Of a stretch of DNA of 31,546 nt, positions 1 through 7,127 are shown one piece after another. Source of the DNA: a virus. Lineage: Duplodnaviria > Caudoviricetes. Both the position numbers and the translations under genes were made by a program. The stretch is taken from positions 1-31,546 of IMG/VR virus record IMGVR_UViG_3300032295_000488; one strand, 5' to 3'. Every line of letters starts with the position of its first letter. The first letter of the stretch is position 1. The notes beneath the pieces were generated by a model, which was not told where the DNA came from, did no database searches, and saw nothing but the letters and a program-made list of their open reading frames with translations.

Positions 1-45
1 AGCGCGTCCATATATACGCATTATGGCTTGGTAGCTTAACGTCAT
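1..45 (-). CDS. 5' end of a divergent gene running off the window edge (MTLSYQAIMRIYGRA...)
   Basis: Minus-strand AAGGA RBS followed 6 nt later by ATG at 45; frame open to base 1; downstream of a leftward promoter. Confidence 0.55.
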   Translation of the reverse strand, partial: MTLSYQAIMRIYGRA

Positions 46-75
46 TTTATGTCCTTTTTTGCTTAATGCACAGCA

Positions 76-119
76 CCTATAAAAAAATGCTTTACATATG
101 TAAATGGGTCTTGCATAAA
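76..119. promoter_or_regulatory. Back-to-back sigma70-type promoters sharing a perfect 14-bp palindrome TTTACATATGTAAA (91-104)
   Basis: Rightward: TTTACA(91-96)-17 nt-CATAAA(114-119). Leftward: TTTACA(104-99)-17 nt-TATAGG(81-76). AT-rich intergenic region between divergent genes. Confidence 0.65.
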
Positions 120-165
120 AAAACCAACACATCGAACTATTGCGTTTATTATAAGGAGACAATCA

Positions 166-738
166 GTGAGCGACGATAAAATTTGCGCTGCGTATGTTGC
201 AGCATTTGCGGAACTGGAAGCGGCAACCAAGACGGCAAGCAATCCGCATTTTAAATCCAAATACGCTGATCTTCCAGCAGTGATTGACGCTATCAAGCCG
301 CACCTTGCCAAGCATGGCCTTGCATTCATGCAGATGCCAAAGCCAAGCGACGGCGGCATATCAATCGAAACCATCCTGATACACAGCAGCGGTGACAAGC
401 TTTCGATGGGCGTATTGTTTGTGCCAGCCAATAGGCAGGACGCACATGGTTACGGATCGGCTTTAACTTATGCGCGTCGATATGCACTCCAAACTTGCTT
501 TGGTTTGCCAACAGAAGATGACGATGGCAACGCGGCGGTCAAATCGCAGCAGCCAGCGCCAGCAAAGCCTATCACGCAGGAGCAGTTCGCGGTGCTGCAA
601 GACCTTATTGACCGCACAGGCACTGACGTAGCTGTCATGGCGGCACATTACAAAGTGCCAGCAATCGCAATGCTTCCATCGACTGCGTTTGAAACAGCAA
701 AGGCGGCACTGGAACGGAAGGTGAAAAATGCGGGTTGA
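166..738 (+). CDS. erf: ERF-family single-strand annealing protein
   Basis: NPHFKSKYADL and GSALTYARRYAL...DDDG motifs of the ERF family; AAGGAG RBS before the GTG start. Confidence 0.92.
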   Translation: MSDDKICAAYVAAFAELEAATKTASNPHFKSKYADLPAVIDAIKPHLAKHGLAFMQMPKPSDGGISIETILIHSSGDKLSMGVLFVPANRQDAHGYGSALTYARRYALQTCFGLPTEDDDGNAAVKSQQPAPAKPITQEQFAVLQDLIDRTGTDVAVMAAHYKVPAIAMLPSTAFETAKAALERKVKNAG

Positions 739-1384
739 TGTCGAACAGCGCAGTGAAGATTGGTATACTGCACGATGCGGTTCGCTGGGGGCGTCACAAG
801 TTGCTGACGCCCTATCCCGCACCAAAAGCGGTTACAGCGCCACCAGAACAAACTTGCGCGTCAAGCTGGCTCTGGAACGGCTCACAGGCAAGCAAGCGGC
901 TGGGTTCACCAGTGCGGCAATGCAGCATGGCATCGACACCGAAGCTGAAGCCAAAATAGCCTATTCGTTTGAACAGAACATAACGGTTACCGAAACAGGG
1001 CTGGTCAGACATTCAAGCATCCCGTGGACGCACTGTTCGCCTGATGGTCTTGTTGGCGATGATGGGCTTGTAGAAATCAAGTGCCGCCAACCAGCGGGTC
1101 ATCTTGAAACGCTAACGTCAGGCGAAATACCATCGCAGTATGTTACGCAAATTAACTGGCAACTTGCTTGTATGCCAGAACGCCAATGGGTTGATTACGT
1201 TTGTTACAACCCAGACTTTCCTGAAGAACTTAAACTTTTCATCAAAAGGCACTATCGAAATGACGAACAAATCTTGGAATTGGAAAAATCTGTTTGCGAA
1301 TTTCTTTCAGAAGTCGAAGCCGATCTCGAAACCATTAACGGCATTAGAAGAAGGGTACAGACTGGCGAAACTGTCATCCGATAA
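728..1384 (+). CDS. YqaJ/lambda-exonuclease-like 5'-3' exonuclease
   Basis: EQRSEDWYTAR, GASQVAD, MQHG...E, CSPDGLV, VEIKC and YVTQINWQL motifs; follows the annealase. Confidence 0.92.
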   Translation: MRVDVEQRSEDWYTARCGSLGASQVADALSRTKSGYSATRTNLRVKLALERLTGKQAAGFTSAAMQHGIDTEAEAKIAYSFEQNITVTETGLVRHSSIPWTHCSPDGLVGDDGLVEIKCRQPAGHLETLTSGEIPSQYVTQINWQLACMPERQWVDYVCYNPDFPEELKLFIKRHYRNDEQILELEKSVCEFLSEVEADLETINGIRRRVQTGETVIR

Positions 1385-1640
1385 ACAAGGAACGGATTGG
1401 CAGGCAGCGGCGTATCGAGCCTATGTGGAACACGCCCGTCAGCATAGATTCTTTACCACTGAGGATGTTCGAAGGTCGGCAAAGAATGTCCCTGCGGCCA
1501 CAAACAACAGCGCCTGGGGGCATATAGCAAAGACGGCTAGTAACAATGGTATTATGATGGAATTTGAAACCATGCGGTCAAAAAGCCCATCTACGCACGG
1601 ACGGCATATTATCGTCTGGAAATCGATGTTGCTGCCATGA
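1260..1640 (+). CDS. Hypothetical phage protein (possible small DNA-binding protein); start uncertain
   Basis: ORF fills the gap before 1637 and couples to it by an ATGA overlap. The only nearby canonical in-frame start is ATG 1260, inside the exonuclease gene. Confidence 0.65.
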   Translation: MTNKSWNWKNLFANFFQKSKPISKPLTALEEGYRLAKLSSDKQGTDWQAAAYRAYVEHARQHRFFTTEDVRRSAKNVPAATNNSAWGHIAKTASNNGIMMEFETMRSKSPSTHGRHIIVWKSMLLP

Positions 1641-1984
1641 TGTTACCGCGCAAGATACCAAAAGAGGCAAAGCGTCAAAGCCGATGGAAGTCGCCAGCGC
1701 ATTGCAATTTTGTCAGGGGCCACGCCTGTTCCGTATGCGGCAGCATGGCAGGGATCGAAGTTGCCCACATTCGCTATGGAAGCGGGGCTGGCATGGGTCA
1801 GAAGCCGCACGATTGGTTTACTGTTAGCCTGTGCAAGCAATGCCACACAAACCAGCATAGCGTCGGTGAACTTACGTTCTGGGCCAACTATAACATCAAC
1901 CCATTTGCCTTGGCTGAAGCGTTTGCAAAGGCCAGCCCGAAGGCAGCGGAGATCGCTGCAAAGAAACGGGAATTGGGATTATGA
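1637..1984 (+). CDS. DUF968-like Zn-binding HNH-type nuclease
   Basis: CSVCG...EVAHIR...GMGQKPHDWFTVSLCKQCHTNQH pattern; nin-region context. Confidence 0.8.
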   Translation: MMLPRKIPKEAKRQSRWKSPAHCNFVRGHACSVCGSMAGIEVAHIRYGSGAGMGQKPHDWFTVSLCKQCHTNQHSVGELTFWANYNINPFALAEAFAKASPKAAEIAAKKRELGL

Positions 1985-2361
1985 CGCAGACCGTCTGGCT
2001 TCGCGGTGAACATCAAAGGCGATTGGCTCACCAGTTAATCGATAAAGCGCCACAGGATGCAGTTGTTAAGATCAGCGCACCCAAGCGCAGTGAAGATCAG
2101 AATACAAAAATGTGGGCCATGCTGTCAGACATCAGTCGGGCTGCACCAGAGGATCGGCATCACATACCAGAGGTTTGGAAGTGCATATTTATGGCAGCAT
2201 TGGGGCATGAAGTTATGTTTACAATGGGCCTAAACAATCAGCCCTTCCCCATAGGCTTTAAGACATCGAAGCTAAACAAGGCGCAGATGTCGGACCTGAT
2301 TGAATTTATCTATGCGTATGGGGCGCAAAATAATGTAAAATGGAGTGAAAAATATGAGTGA
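1981..2361 (+). CDS. ninB: NinB/Orf-family recombination mediator
   Basis: KRSEDQNTKMWAMLSDIS, WKCIF and TSKLNKAQMSDLIEFIYAYGAQNNVKWS match NinB motifs. Confidence 0.9.
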   Translation: MTQTVWLRGEHQRRLAHQLIDKAPQDAVVKISAPKRSEDQNTKMWAMLSDISRAAPEDRHHIPEVWKCIFMAALGHEVMFTMGLNNQPFPIGFKTSKLNKAQMSDLIEFIYAYGAQNNVKWSEKYE

Positions 2362-2587
2362 ACCACACAGCGAACAACTACGTCTTTTGATTGAGCGGAT
2401 CGAACGGCTAAACGAAGATAAAAAAGGCATTCAGGATGACATCCGCGATGTTTATAATGAAGCTAAGGCGCATGGTTACGACACCAAAATTGTTCGCGCA
2501 GTGATCCGCCTTCGTGCAATGGAAGCAAATGACCGCGCAGAATATCAGGCAGTATTAGACACATACATGACCGCTCTTGGTCTATAA
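2354..2587 (+). CDS. gapR: GapR/DUF2312 (UPF0335) nucleoid-associated DNA-binding protein
   Basis: QLRLLIERIERLNEDKKGIQDDIRDVYNEAKAHGYDTKIVRAVIRLR...LDTYMTALGL; GGAG RBS before ATG 2354. Confidence 0.92.
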   Translation: MSEPHSEQLRLLIERIERLNEDKKGIQDDIRDVYNEAKAHGYDTKIVRAVIRLRAMEANDRAEYQAVLDTYMTALGL

Positions 2588-2599
2588 AAGGATACAGCA

Positions 2600-2980
2600 A
2601 TGCAGAATATCACAATATCAGGAAACGTCGGCAAGGATGCTGAATTGCGCACAGTGCGAGATACCCAAGTCCTAAGCTTCAACGTCGGCGTCAAGAACGG
2701 ATTCGGTAGAGATGCTGGCAGCGTTTGGTATCGTTGCAGCTTGTGGGGCAAGGCAGCGGAAGCGTTCGCTGGCAGCATCAAGAAAGGCACGAAGGTCTTT
2801 ATCTCTGGTGAGCTGACGCATGACGAATATGAAGGCAAGGCGCAATTTAATGTGCGCGTTGGCAGCATCGATACAGGCCCACGCCCACAAGGCCAATCTG
2901 ATGATGATTCACAAGTCCAAGATAATGGCGGTTCGCATACCACTTGGGACAACGATCTTGACGATGATTGTCCATTTTAG
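2600..2980 (+). CDS. ssb: Single-stranded DNA-binding protein
   Basis: ISGNVGKDAELR, WYRCSLWGKAAE and KKGTKVFISGEL OB-fold motifs; acidic tail DLDDDCPF. Confidence 0.95.
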   Translation: MQNITISGNVGKDAELRTVRDTQVLSFNVGVKNGFGRDAGSVWYRCSLWGKAAEAFAGSIKKGTKVFISGELTHDEYEGKAQFNVRVGSIDTGPRPQGQSDDDSQVQDNGGSHTTWDNDLDDDCPF

Positions 2981-2994
2981 GTTGGAGATATAAC

Positions 2995-3228
2995 ATGGCA
3001 GTAGGATCAAGACTTAACTTAGATCACCGACGCAAAGCACCGCCCATGAGTAGCCGCCAGGAATGGCTGGCAAGAGAATATCAGGAAGCGGTAGCAGAAT
3101 CCAGCAAGGCACTTTTGAAGGCGCAACTGACAACAGGTCAACACGCACTAGACAAGGATCGCTTTGTGCAGACAGCTATTAATCATGGCTGGATATTGCA
3201 CATACCAGATCGTTTATTGCTTCAATGA
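2995..3228 (+). CDS. Hypothetical protein
   Basis: GGAG RBS at 2984-2987 with ATG at 2995; fills the operon. Confidence 0.7.
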   Translation: MAVGSRLNLDHRRKAPPMSSRQEWLAREYQEAVAESSKALLKAQLTTGQHALDKDRFVQTAINHGWILHIPDRLLLQ

Positions 3229-3237
3229 AAAAAGGTG

Positions 3238-3266
3238 TTTACATATATAAAAAGCAGCTTTATATG
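3238..3266 (+). promoter_or_regulatory. Sigma70-type promoter with a second copy of the palindrome (TTTACATATATAAA, 3238-3251)
   Basis: TTTACA-17 nt-TATATG with an upstream A-tract. 13/14 match to the palindrome at 91-104. Followed by a GGGGC-AATC-GCCCC hairpin (3274-3287) and an AAGGA RBS. Confidence 0.7.
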
Positions 3267-3307
3267 AATGGCAGGGGCAATCGCCCCACCATTTAAGGAT
3301 TCTGACC

Positions 3308-3526
3308 ATGATTAAACCAGCACAGGCAGCCCCTATGGGCAAAAAGTATCGCATATCATCAGATAGCGCATCAGTTTGGCCTTTGCGCGGTGCGGACGGC
3401 AAGACGTTTGCACAGCGCCGCATCTCATGCGCCCACAGCTATGCGTACACCAGTGGCATAGGCATGGGCCATGTACTTTATCGCTGCACTTTGTGTGGTG
3501 ACACTTACGAAAAGGACGTATCGTGA
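3308..3526 (+). CDS. Small hypothetical protein with C-terminal Zn-ribbon-like motif
   Basis: AAGGA RBS; CAH...CTLCG motif. Confidence 0.7.
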   Translation: MIKPAQAAPMGKKYRISSDSASVWPLRGADGKTFAQRRISCAHSYAYTSGIGMGHVLYRCTLCGDTYEKDVS

Positions 3527-3600
3527 CCCTGAGACAATTCCTGCACGATAATTTCGGCTGGGATATTTACGACTGGGCCGATGATGAGATCAGGTTTTAA
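3523..3600 (+). CDS. 25-aa small ORF MTLRQFLHDNFGWDIYDWADDEIRF
   Basis: GTGA start/stop overlap with the upstream gene; AAGGA RBS at 3512-3516; stop just before the terminator. Confidence 0.65.
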   Translation: MTLRQFLHDNFGWDIYDWADDEIRF

Positions 3601-3609
3601 GCATTAAGG

Positions 3610-3644
3610 AAACGGGCCGCTCCATAACAAGCGGCCCGTTTTTT
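3610..3644. terminator. Intrinsic terminator between the convergent early and late operons
   Basis: Perfect 12-bp stem AAACGGGCCGCT/AGCGGCCCGTTT with an 8-nt loop; T-run on the + strand and a shorter one on the - strand. Confidence 0.9.
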
Positions 3645-3646
3645 AT

Positions 3647-3853
3647 TTAGCCGTTAATGATTTGCGACAGGCCAACAGCAGCGGCAGCGACAAACGCCAG
3701 CGCAGCAGCAACCGTGGCCTTCCAGCCAAATTTATCTTCAGAAACATCTTCCATAGGCAACAGCTTGCCAGTGGCCTTCTTGATGATGGCTTTTTCGGCT
3801 TCTTTCTTCAAAGCCTTGGTAGCCTCTTTTTTCAATGTGCTTTTAATATCCAT
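3647..3853 (-). CDS. Small membrane protein (Lys-rich N-terminus, single C-terminal TM); lysis accessory or holin candidate
   Basis: AGGAG RBS; hydrophobic segment ATVAAALAFVAAAAVGL; last gene after the endolysin. Confidence 0.7.
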   Translation of the reverse strand: MDIKSTLKKEATKALKKEAEKAIIKKATGKLLPMEDVSEDKFGWKATVAAALAFVAAAAVGLSQIING

Positions 3854-3863
3854 GTTTATTCTC

Positions 3864-4475
3864 CTATAACCAAGTTGCGTACTTCTTGGTCTTCAGTTTA
3901 CGGTCATCTAGGCCGTGTGTTCCGCCATTGATCCGTTTTGTCAGTGCAAGGATCGCAGCGTCATTGATGCCCTGATCGCATATACCCCACAACTTGTTCT
4001 TATCGAAGAACCATAGGGCGCTTTCAAAGCATAGTTCACCAGCCACAAGGTCTGGATTGGTCATGATGTCGGGACGGCCAATATAATCAGCAAATGCCTT
4101 GTAATTCGACTTGCCCGTCAATTGGAGCGCCCCCCGGCCCTTGTATGCGAAACCTTCGCCAGACGCTTCGTCACCATTGCCCATGCGGTTGGCATAGACA
4201 CGGTTGGCAATCTTAGCTGGCTGACGCTCATAGGCACGGGCCATTGCATCAGTTGGAAAGTATTTACCAAAGATGCCACGCAACCCCTTCGCGCTGTAGT
4301 TCAGGTTTTCGCTGAACGCTTTGAAGTTACCACTTTCATGCGCCGTCTGAGCAAAGAAATGCGCAGCACGATTAGGTGATAGTTTATAGTAAGCCGCAGC
4401 CGCTTTAAGTGTACCAGGGCCGAACGCGCCATCTGCGGCTACTCCTATCTTTTTCTGAAGTTCAATCATGCTCAT
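3864..4475 (-). CDS. GH19 (chitinase/lysozyme-like) endolysin with N-terminal peptidoglycan-binding motif
   Basis: LQKKIGVAADGAFGPGT (PG-binding), FFAQTAHESGNF, YKGRGALQLTGKSNY and TKRINGGTHGLDDR. GGAGGAG RBS and ATGA overlap place the start at 4475. Confidence 0.93.
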   Translation of the reverse strand: MSMIELQKKIGVAADGAFGPGTLKAAAAYYKLSPNRAAHFFAQTAHESGNFKAFSENLNYSAKGLRGIFGKYFPTDAMARAYERQPAKIANRVYANRMGNGDEASGEGFAYKGRGALQLTGKSNYKAFADYIGRPDIMTNPDLVAGELCFESALWFFDKNKLWGICDQGINDAAILALTKRINGGTHGLDDRKLKTKKYATWL

Positions 4476-4981
4476 TTGCCAGCACTCCTCCAATCAGGGA
4501 AATCGTTCGCATCGACCACGCCGTCTCCGTTGATGTCATACCGCAGGTCGCCGCGATACTTCTCCCAAGGCTCCATATCGTCATCGTCATCATCGATTTC
4601 TGGTTCATCAATGAACACAGTTGCGGCTGGATCATCATAACGTGGCGCTGGTGCGACCATGTCAGGTGTAAGTGGCAACGGGTCTGGTTGTGGCGCTACT
4701 GGGGCCAGAGGCTCTGGTTCTGGATCATCACGGTCTTCTGGAGGTGGTGGGGCCAATTCGCCCTTCATGCCCATCAGAGTGGCGTAGGAGCCAGCTACAG
4801 CACCGACAACCGAAGTCATGACGTATGACAGCAATCCGAATACATCTTTATTGTCAATAATCTCATTCGATACGAATAGGCCGACAATCATTGCGCAAGT
4901 GATGGCGATAATGACAAATGCCATTGTTTTTGCCGCCAGCAGCAACGCTTTGATCCGTGCCTCTAATAATTTATCATCCAT
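4472..4981 (-). CDS. Two-TM holin-candidate protein with Pro/acidic tail and EF-hand/dockerin-type loop
   Basis: TMs AFVIIAITCAMIVGLFV and VFGLLSYVMTSVVGAVAGSYA; C-terminal DINGDGVVDANDF; coupled to the endolysin. Confidence 0.75.
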   Translation of the reverse strand: MDDKLLEARIKALLLAAKTMAFVIIAITCAMIVGLFVSNEIIDNKDVFGLLSYVMTSVVGAVAGSYATLMGMKGELAPPPPEDRDDPEPEPLAPVAPQPDPLPLTPDMVAPAPRYDDPAATVFIDEPEIDDDDDDMEPWEKYRGDLRYDINGDGVVDANDFPDWRSAGK

Positions 4982-4984
4982 ATA

Positions 4985-5515
4985 TTAGTCCTTTCCTGCC
5001 AGCGGATTTGCCAGCGTCTTTTGAATGCGCTCGTTAGTTTGCGCCTCCAACTCTTTGATGCGACGTTGCTGTTCCTGATCTTGCTGACGCAACTGATCGA
5101 TAACTGCACGTTGCATTGCCATGTTTTGAGCATCGCTGCTCCTGACGCTACTGGAAACAGCATCAACCGTCTGGCGCGTTCCACTCACGCTACTGCTGAT
5201 ACTGCCCGTCATGTAATTCAGGGCTTCGCTGTTGATCTTGGTGAGCCGCTCAACGCTTGTGACACGCTCATCAAGCACAGAAATCCGCTGTTCAATACCA
5301 GACAGATCGGGCGGAACATATGCGGCAGTCACTTCCTGCATAGTCAGGAATTGCTGATACACCTGGAATCCAGCCCACAGGCCACCAAGGATCGTTGAGA
5401 ATGCAGCAAAGATGATGGCAATCTTGCCGCTGCTTAGGCCACCAATGTTAAAGCTGAAGCCGCTTTCATCAAAGGATACCTTGGGTTCTTCTTTTTCATC
5501 ATTTGTATTGGGCAT
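4985..5515 (-). CDS. Single-TM coiled-coil membrane protein
   Basis: TM IAIIFAAFSTILGGLWAGF followed by heptad-like IEQRISVLDERVTSVERL and Gln-rich helices; GGGAG RBS. Confidence 0.8.
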   Translation of the reverse strand: MPNTNDEKEEPKVSFDESGFSFNIGGLSSGKIAIIFAAFSTILGGLWAGFQVYQQFLTMQEVTAAYVPPDLSGIEQRISVLDERVTSVERLTKINSEALNYMTGSISSSVSGTRQTVDAVSSSVRSSDAQNMAMQRAVIDQLRQQDQEQQRRIKELEAQTNERIQKTLANPLAGKD

Positions 5516-7127
5516 CTACAATCTCCCGCCACTTGGCGTCATTAGTTTGGGTCATCCGATACATCTCAAAGTTGGCGTCACGCAGCCTTCTGTTGCGGTA
5601 TATATCACGAATTGCGTAAAAGTCAGCCCTGTCAGATAATGCTACTTGTCGGTAAGCATTGAAGGCGGGAACAGAACCCATTTCAGCGATGGTTTCCGAT
5701 TGTCCTTCCGCCATTTCGCTTTCTGATTTTTCAGATGATGCGCTTGCAGCCACGGGCGCTGCATTGCTTCCGCCTCCAACATTGTTCAGGATTTCAAACG
5801 TGGTGGTCATTGAAACAGGGCCACCAGCGGAAATGGCAGCATCAAGTGGTGAGGAACCAACACCACCATTATTTCCGCCACCGCCACCAACACCAGCACC
5901 GCCTGAACCAAAATCAACACGCATTTGGAAGCTGCCGAAGCCTTGCGACGATTGAGCGTTGTTTTCAAACGCCGATGATTGGCTGGATTGTGCAGCATCG
6001 CCAAAGGATGCGTCTTGCATACCCCCTGCGCCATCCTCAAGCGACGTAGCAAGCTGATTTGATGCTTCCTGCCCTAATTCACCCGAAGATGCGTCTTGGC
6101 CCTCTAAATCGCTTTCTGAGCCATCTGCGGCCAGTGCAGCCACTTCGTCAGGTGACAAGCGTTCTTCATCAGAACCAAGGTCTTCCAAATCACGTTCTGC
6201 AATCAATTCTTCGATGGCATCATCTTCGACAATATCATCTGTTTCAATCGCAGCGTCAGCTTCAAGCAATTCTTCTGCTGTTTCCAATGCCTCTTGCGCG
6301 GTTTCCAGCACCTGTTCGATGTCGGCAACATCTTCAATCTGCACTTCTTCTTGGGTTTCTTCCATTGCCGCCTGTTCGACCGAAGCCACAGCAGCTTCAA
6401 GCGCACTTTCAGCCGCAGTTTCAGTCGGGTCAGGTGCGCCAACATCAATAGCTATTGATACTGGTGGGCAGGATGGGTGCATAGGCGTTGCATTGCAGTC
6501 TATTGCTACTTCATCAGGGATCGACGCACCATAAGTCAAAAGGCCAGATTGGTTTTGCAGGAATTGCGGATTGCGCCCGTAGAAAAGCGAAATATTGTCG
6601 CCAGCTTCAGGCCCAGTAATGCCAGCCGTAAAGTCGCGCCAACCCGATGCAGACAAAGACCCGTAGTTGAATTGGATATTGCCGTTGTCGAACAAGGCAA
6701 TTTCAAACGTGTTGGAATTGTTTGTGCCGTATTCCTGCACGTTATACCAACCGAACAATGCCGCCCCATCGCTGACGCGATAGTAAGGGTTGCCAGTGAA
6801 GCTGATAATGTCTGACCAGTATGCGTAAATCGTGTTGCGCTGCGCCTGTTCAATTGGCTGACCATTGCAGCACAAATGATTTCCGCTCTGGAACGACACA
6901 AAGCCATTGCTGGACACCCAAACGTCGGTGAAGGTCTGACCCCAATACTCAAACTCAAAGCCAAGAGCCACGTTCCGCGTGTTATCGTCACCCAGATTGA
7001 GCGGCGTCATTGTCGTTGGAGCGCCATTGATCTGCGGTGGGATTAACGCAGGCTCATAGGTCTGCGCGAAAACAGGTGTAGCGCAAGCCAGCAGAATAAT
7101 CTGCAAAGCGTATGTCTTATTTCTCAA
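5499..7127 (-). CDS. Exported NIDO (nidogen-like) domain protein with long acidic/Gly-Ser stalk
   Basis: A probable TTG start at 7127 yields the signal peptide MRNKTYALQIILLACATPVFA. LGDD...LGFEFEYWGQTFTDVWVSSNGFVSF...IYAYWSD...NTFEIAL...GNIQFNYG matches the NIDO-like pattern. The start could alternatively be the ORF-track position 7178. Confidence 0.8.
   Translation of the reverse strand: MRNKTYALQIILLACATPVFAQTYEPALIPPQINGAPTTMTPLNLGDDNTRNVALGFEFEYWGQTFTDVWVSSNGFVSFQSGNHLCCNGQPIEQAQRNTIYAYWSDIISFTGNPYYRVSDGAALFGWYNVQEYGTNNSNTFEIALFDNGNIQFNYGSLSASGWRDFTAGITGPEAGDNISLFYGRNPQFLQNQSGLLTYGASIPDEVAIDCNATPMHPSCPPVSIAIDVGAPDPTETAAESALEAAVASVEQAAMEETQEEVQIEDVADIEQVLETAQEALETAEELLEADAAIETDDIVEDDAIEELIAERDLEDLGSDEERLSPDEVAALAADGSESDLEGQDASSGELGQEASNQLATSLEDGAGGMQDASFGDAAQSSQSSAFENNAQSSQGFGSFQMRVDFGSGGAGVGGGGGNNGGVGSSPLDAAISAGGPVSMTTTFEILNNVGGGSNAAPVAASASSEKSESEMAEGQSETIAEMGSVPAFNAYRQVALSDRADFYAIRDIYRNRRLRDANFEMYRMTQTNDAKWREIVDAQYK

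Noticed and set aside
63-511. Minus-strand ORFs 63..431 and 326..511
   Set aside because: Antisense to the erf gene, with no recognisable features; 63..431 also runs across the promoter region.
2957-2980. SSB tail ends DDDCPF instead of DDDIPF
   Set aside because: A single conservative substitution in a position that varies among phage SSBs.
4963-5184. Nested same-strand ORF inside the TM coiled-coil gene as an Rz1-like o-spanin
   Set aside because: No proper hydrophobic region or lipobox before its cysteines, and not Pro-rich.
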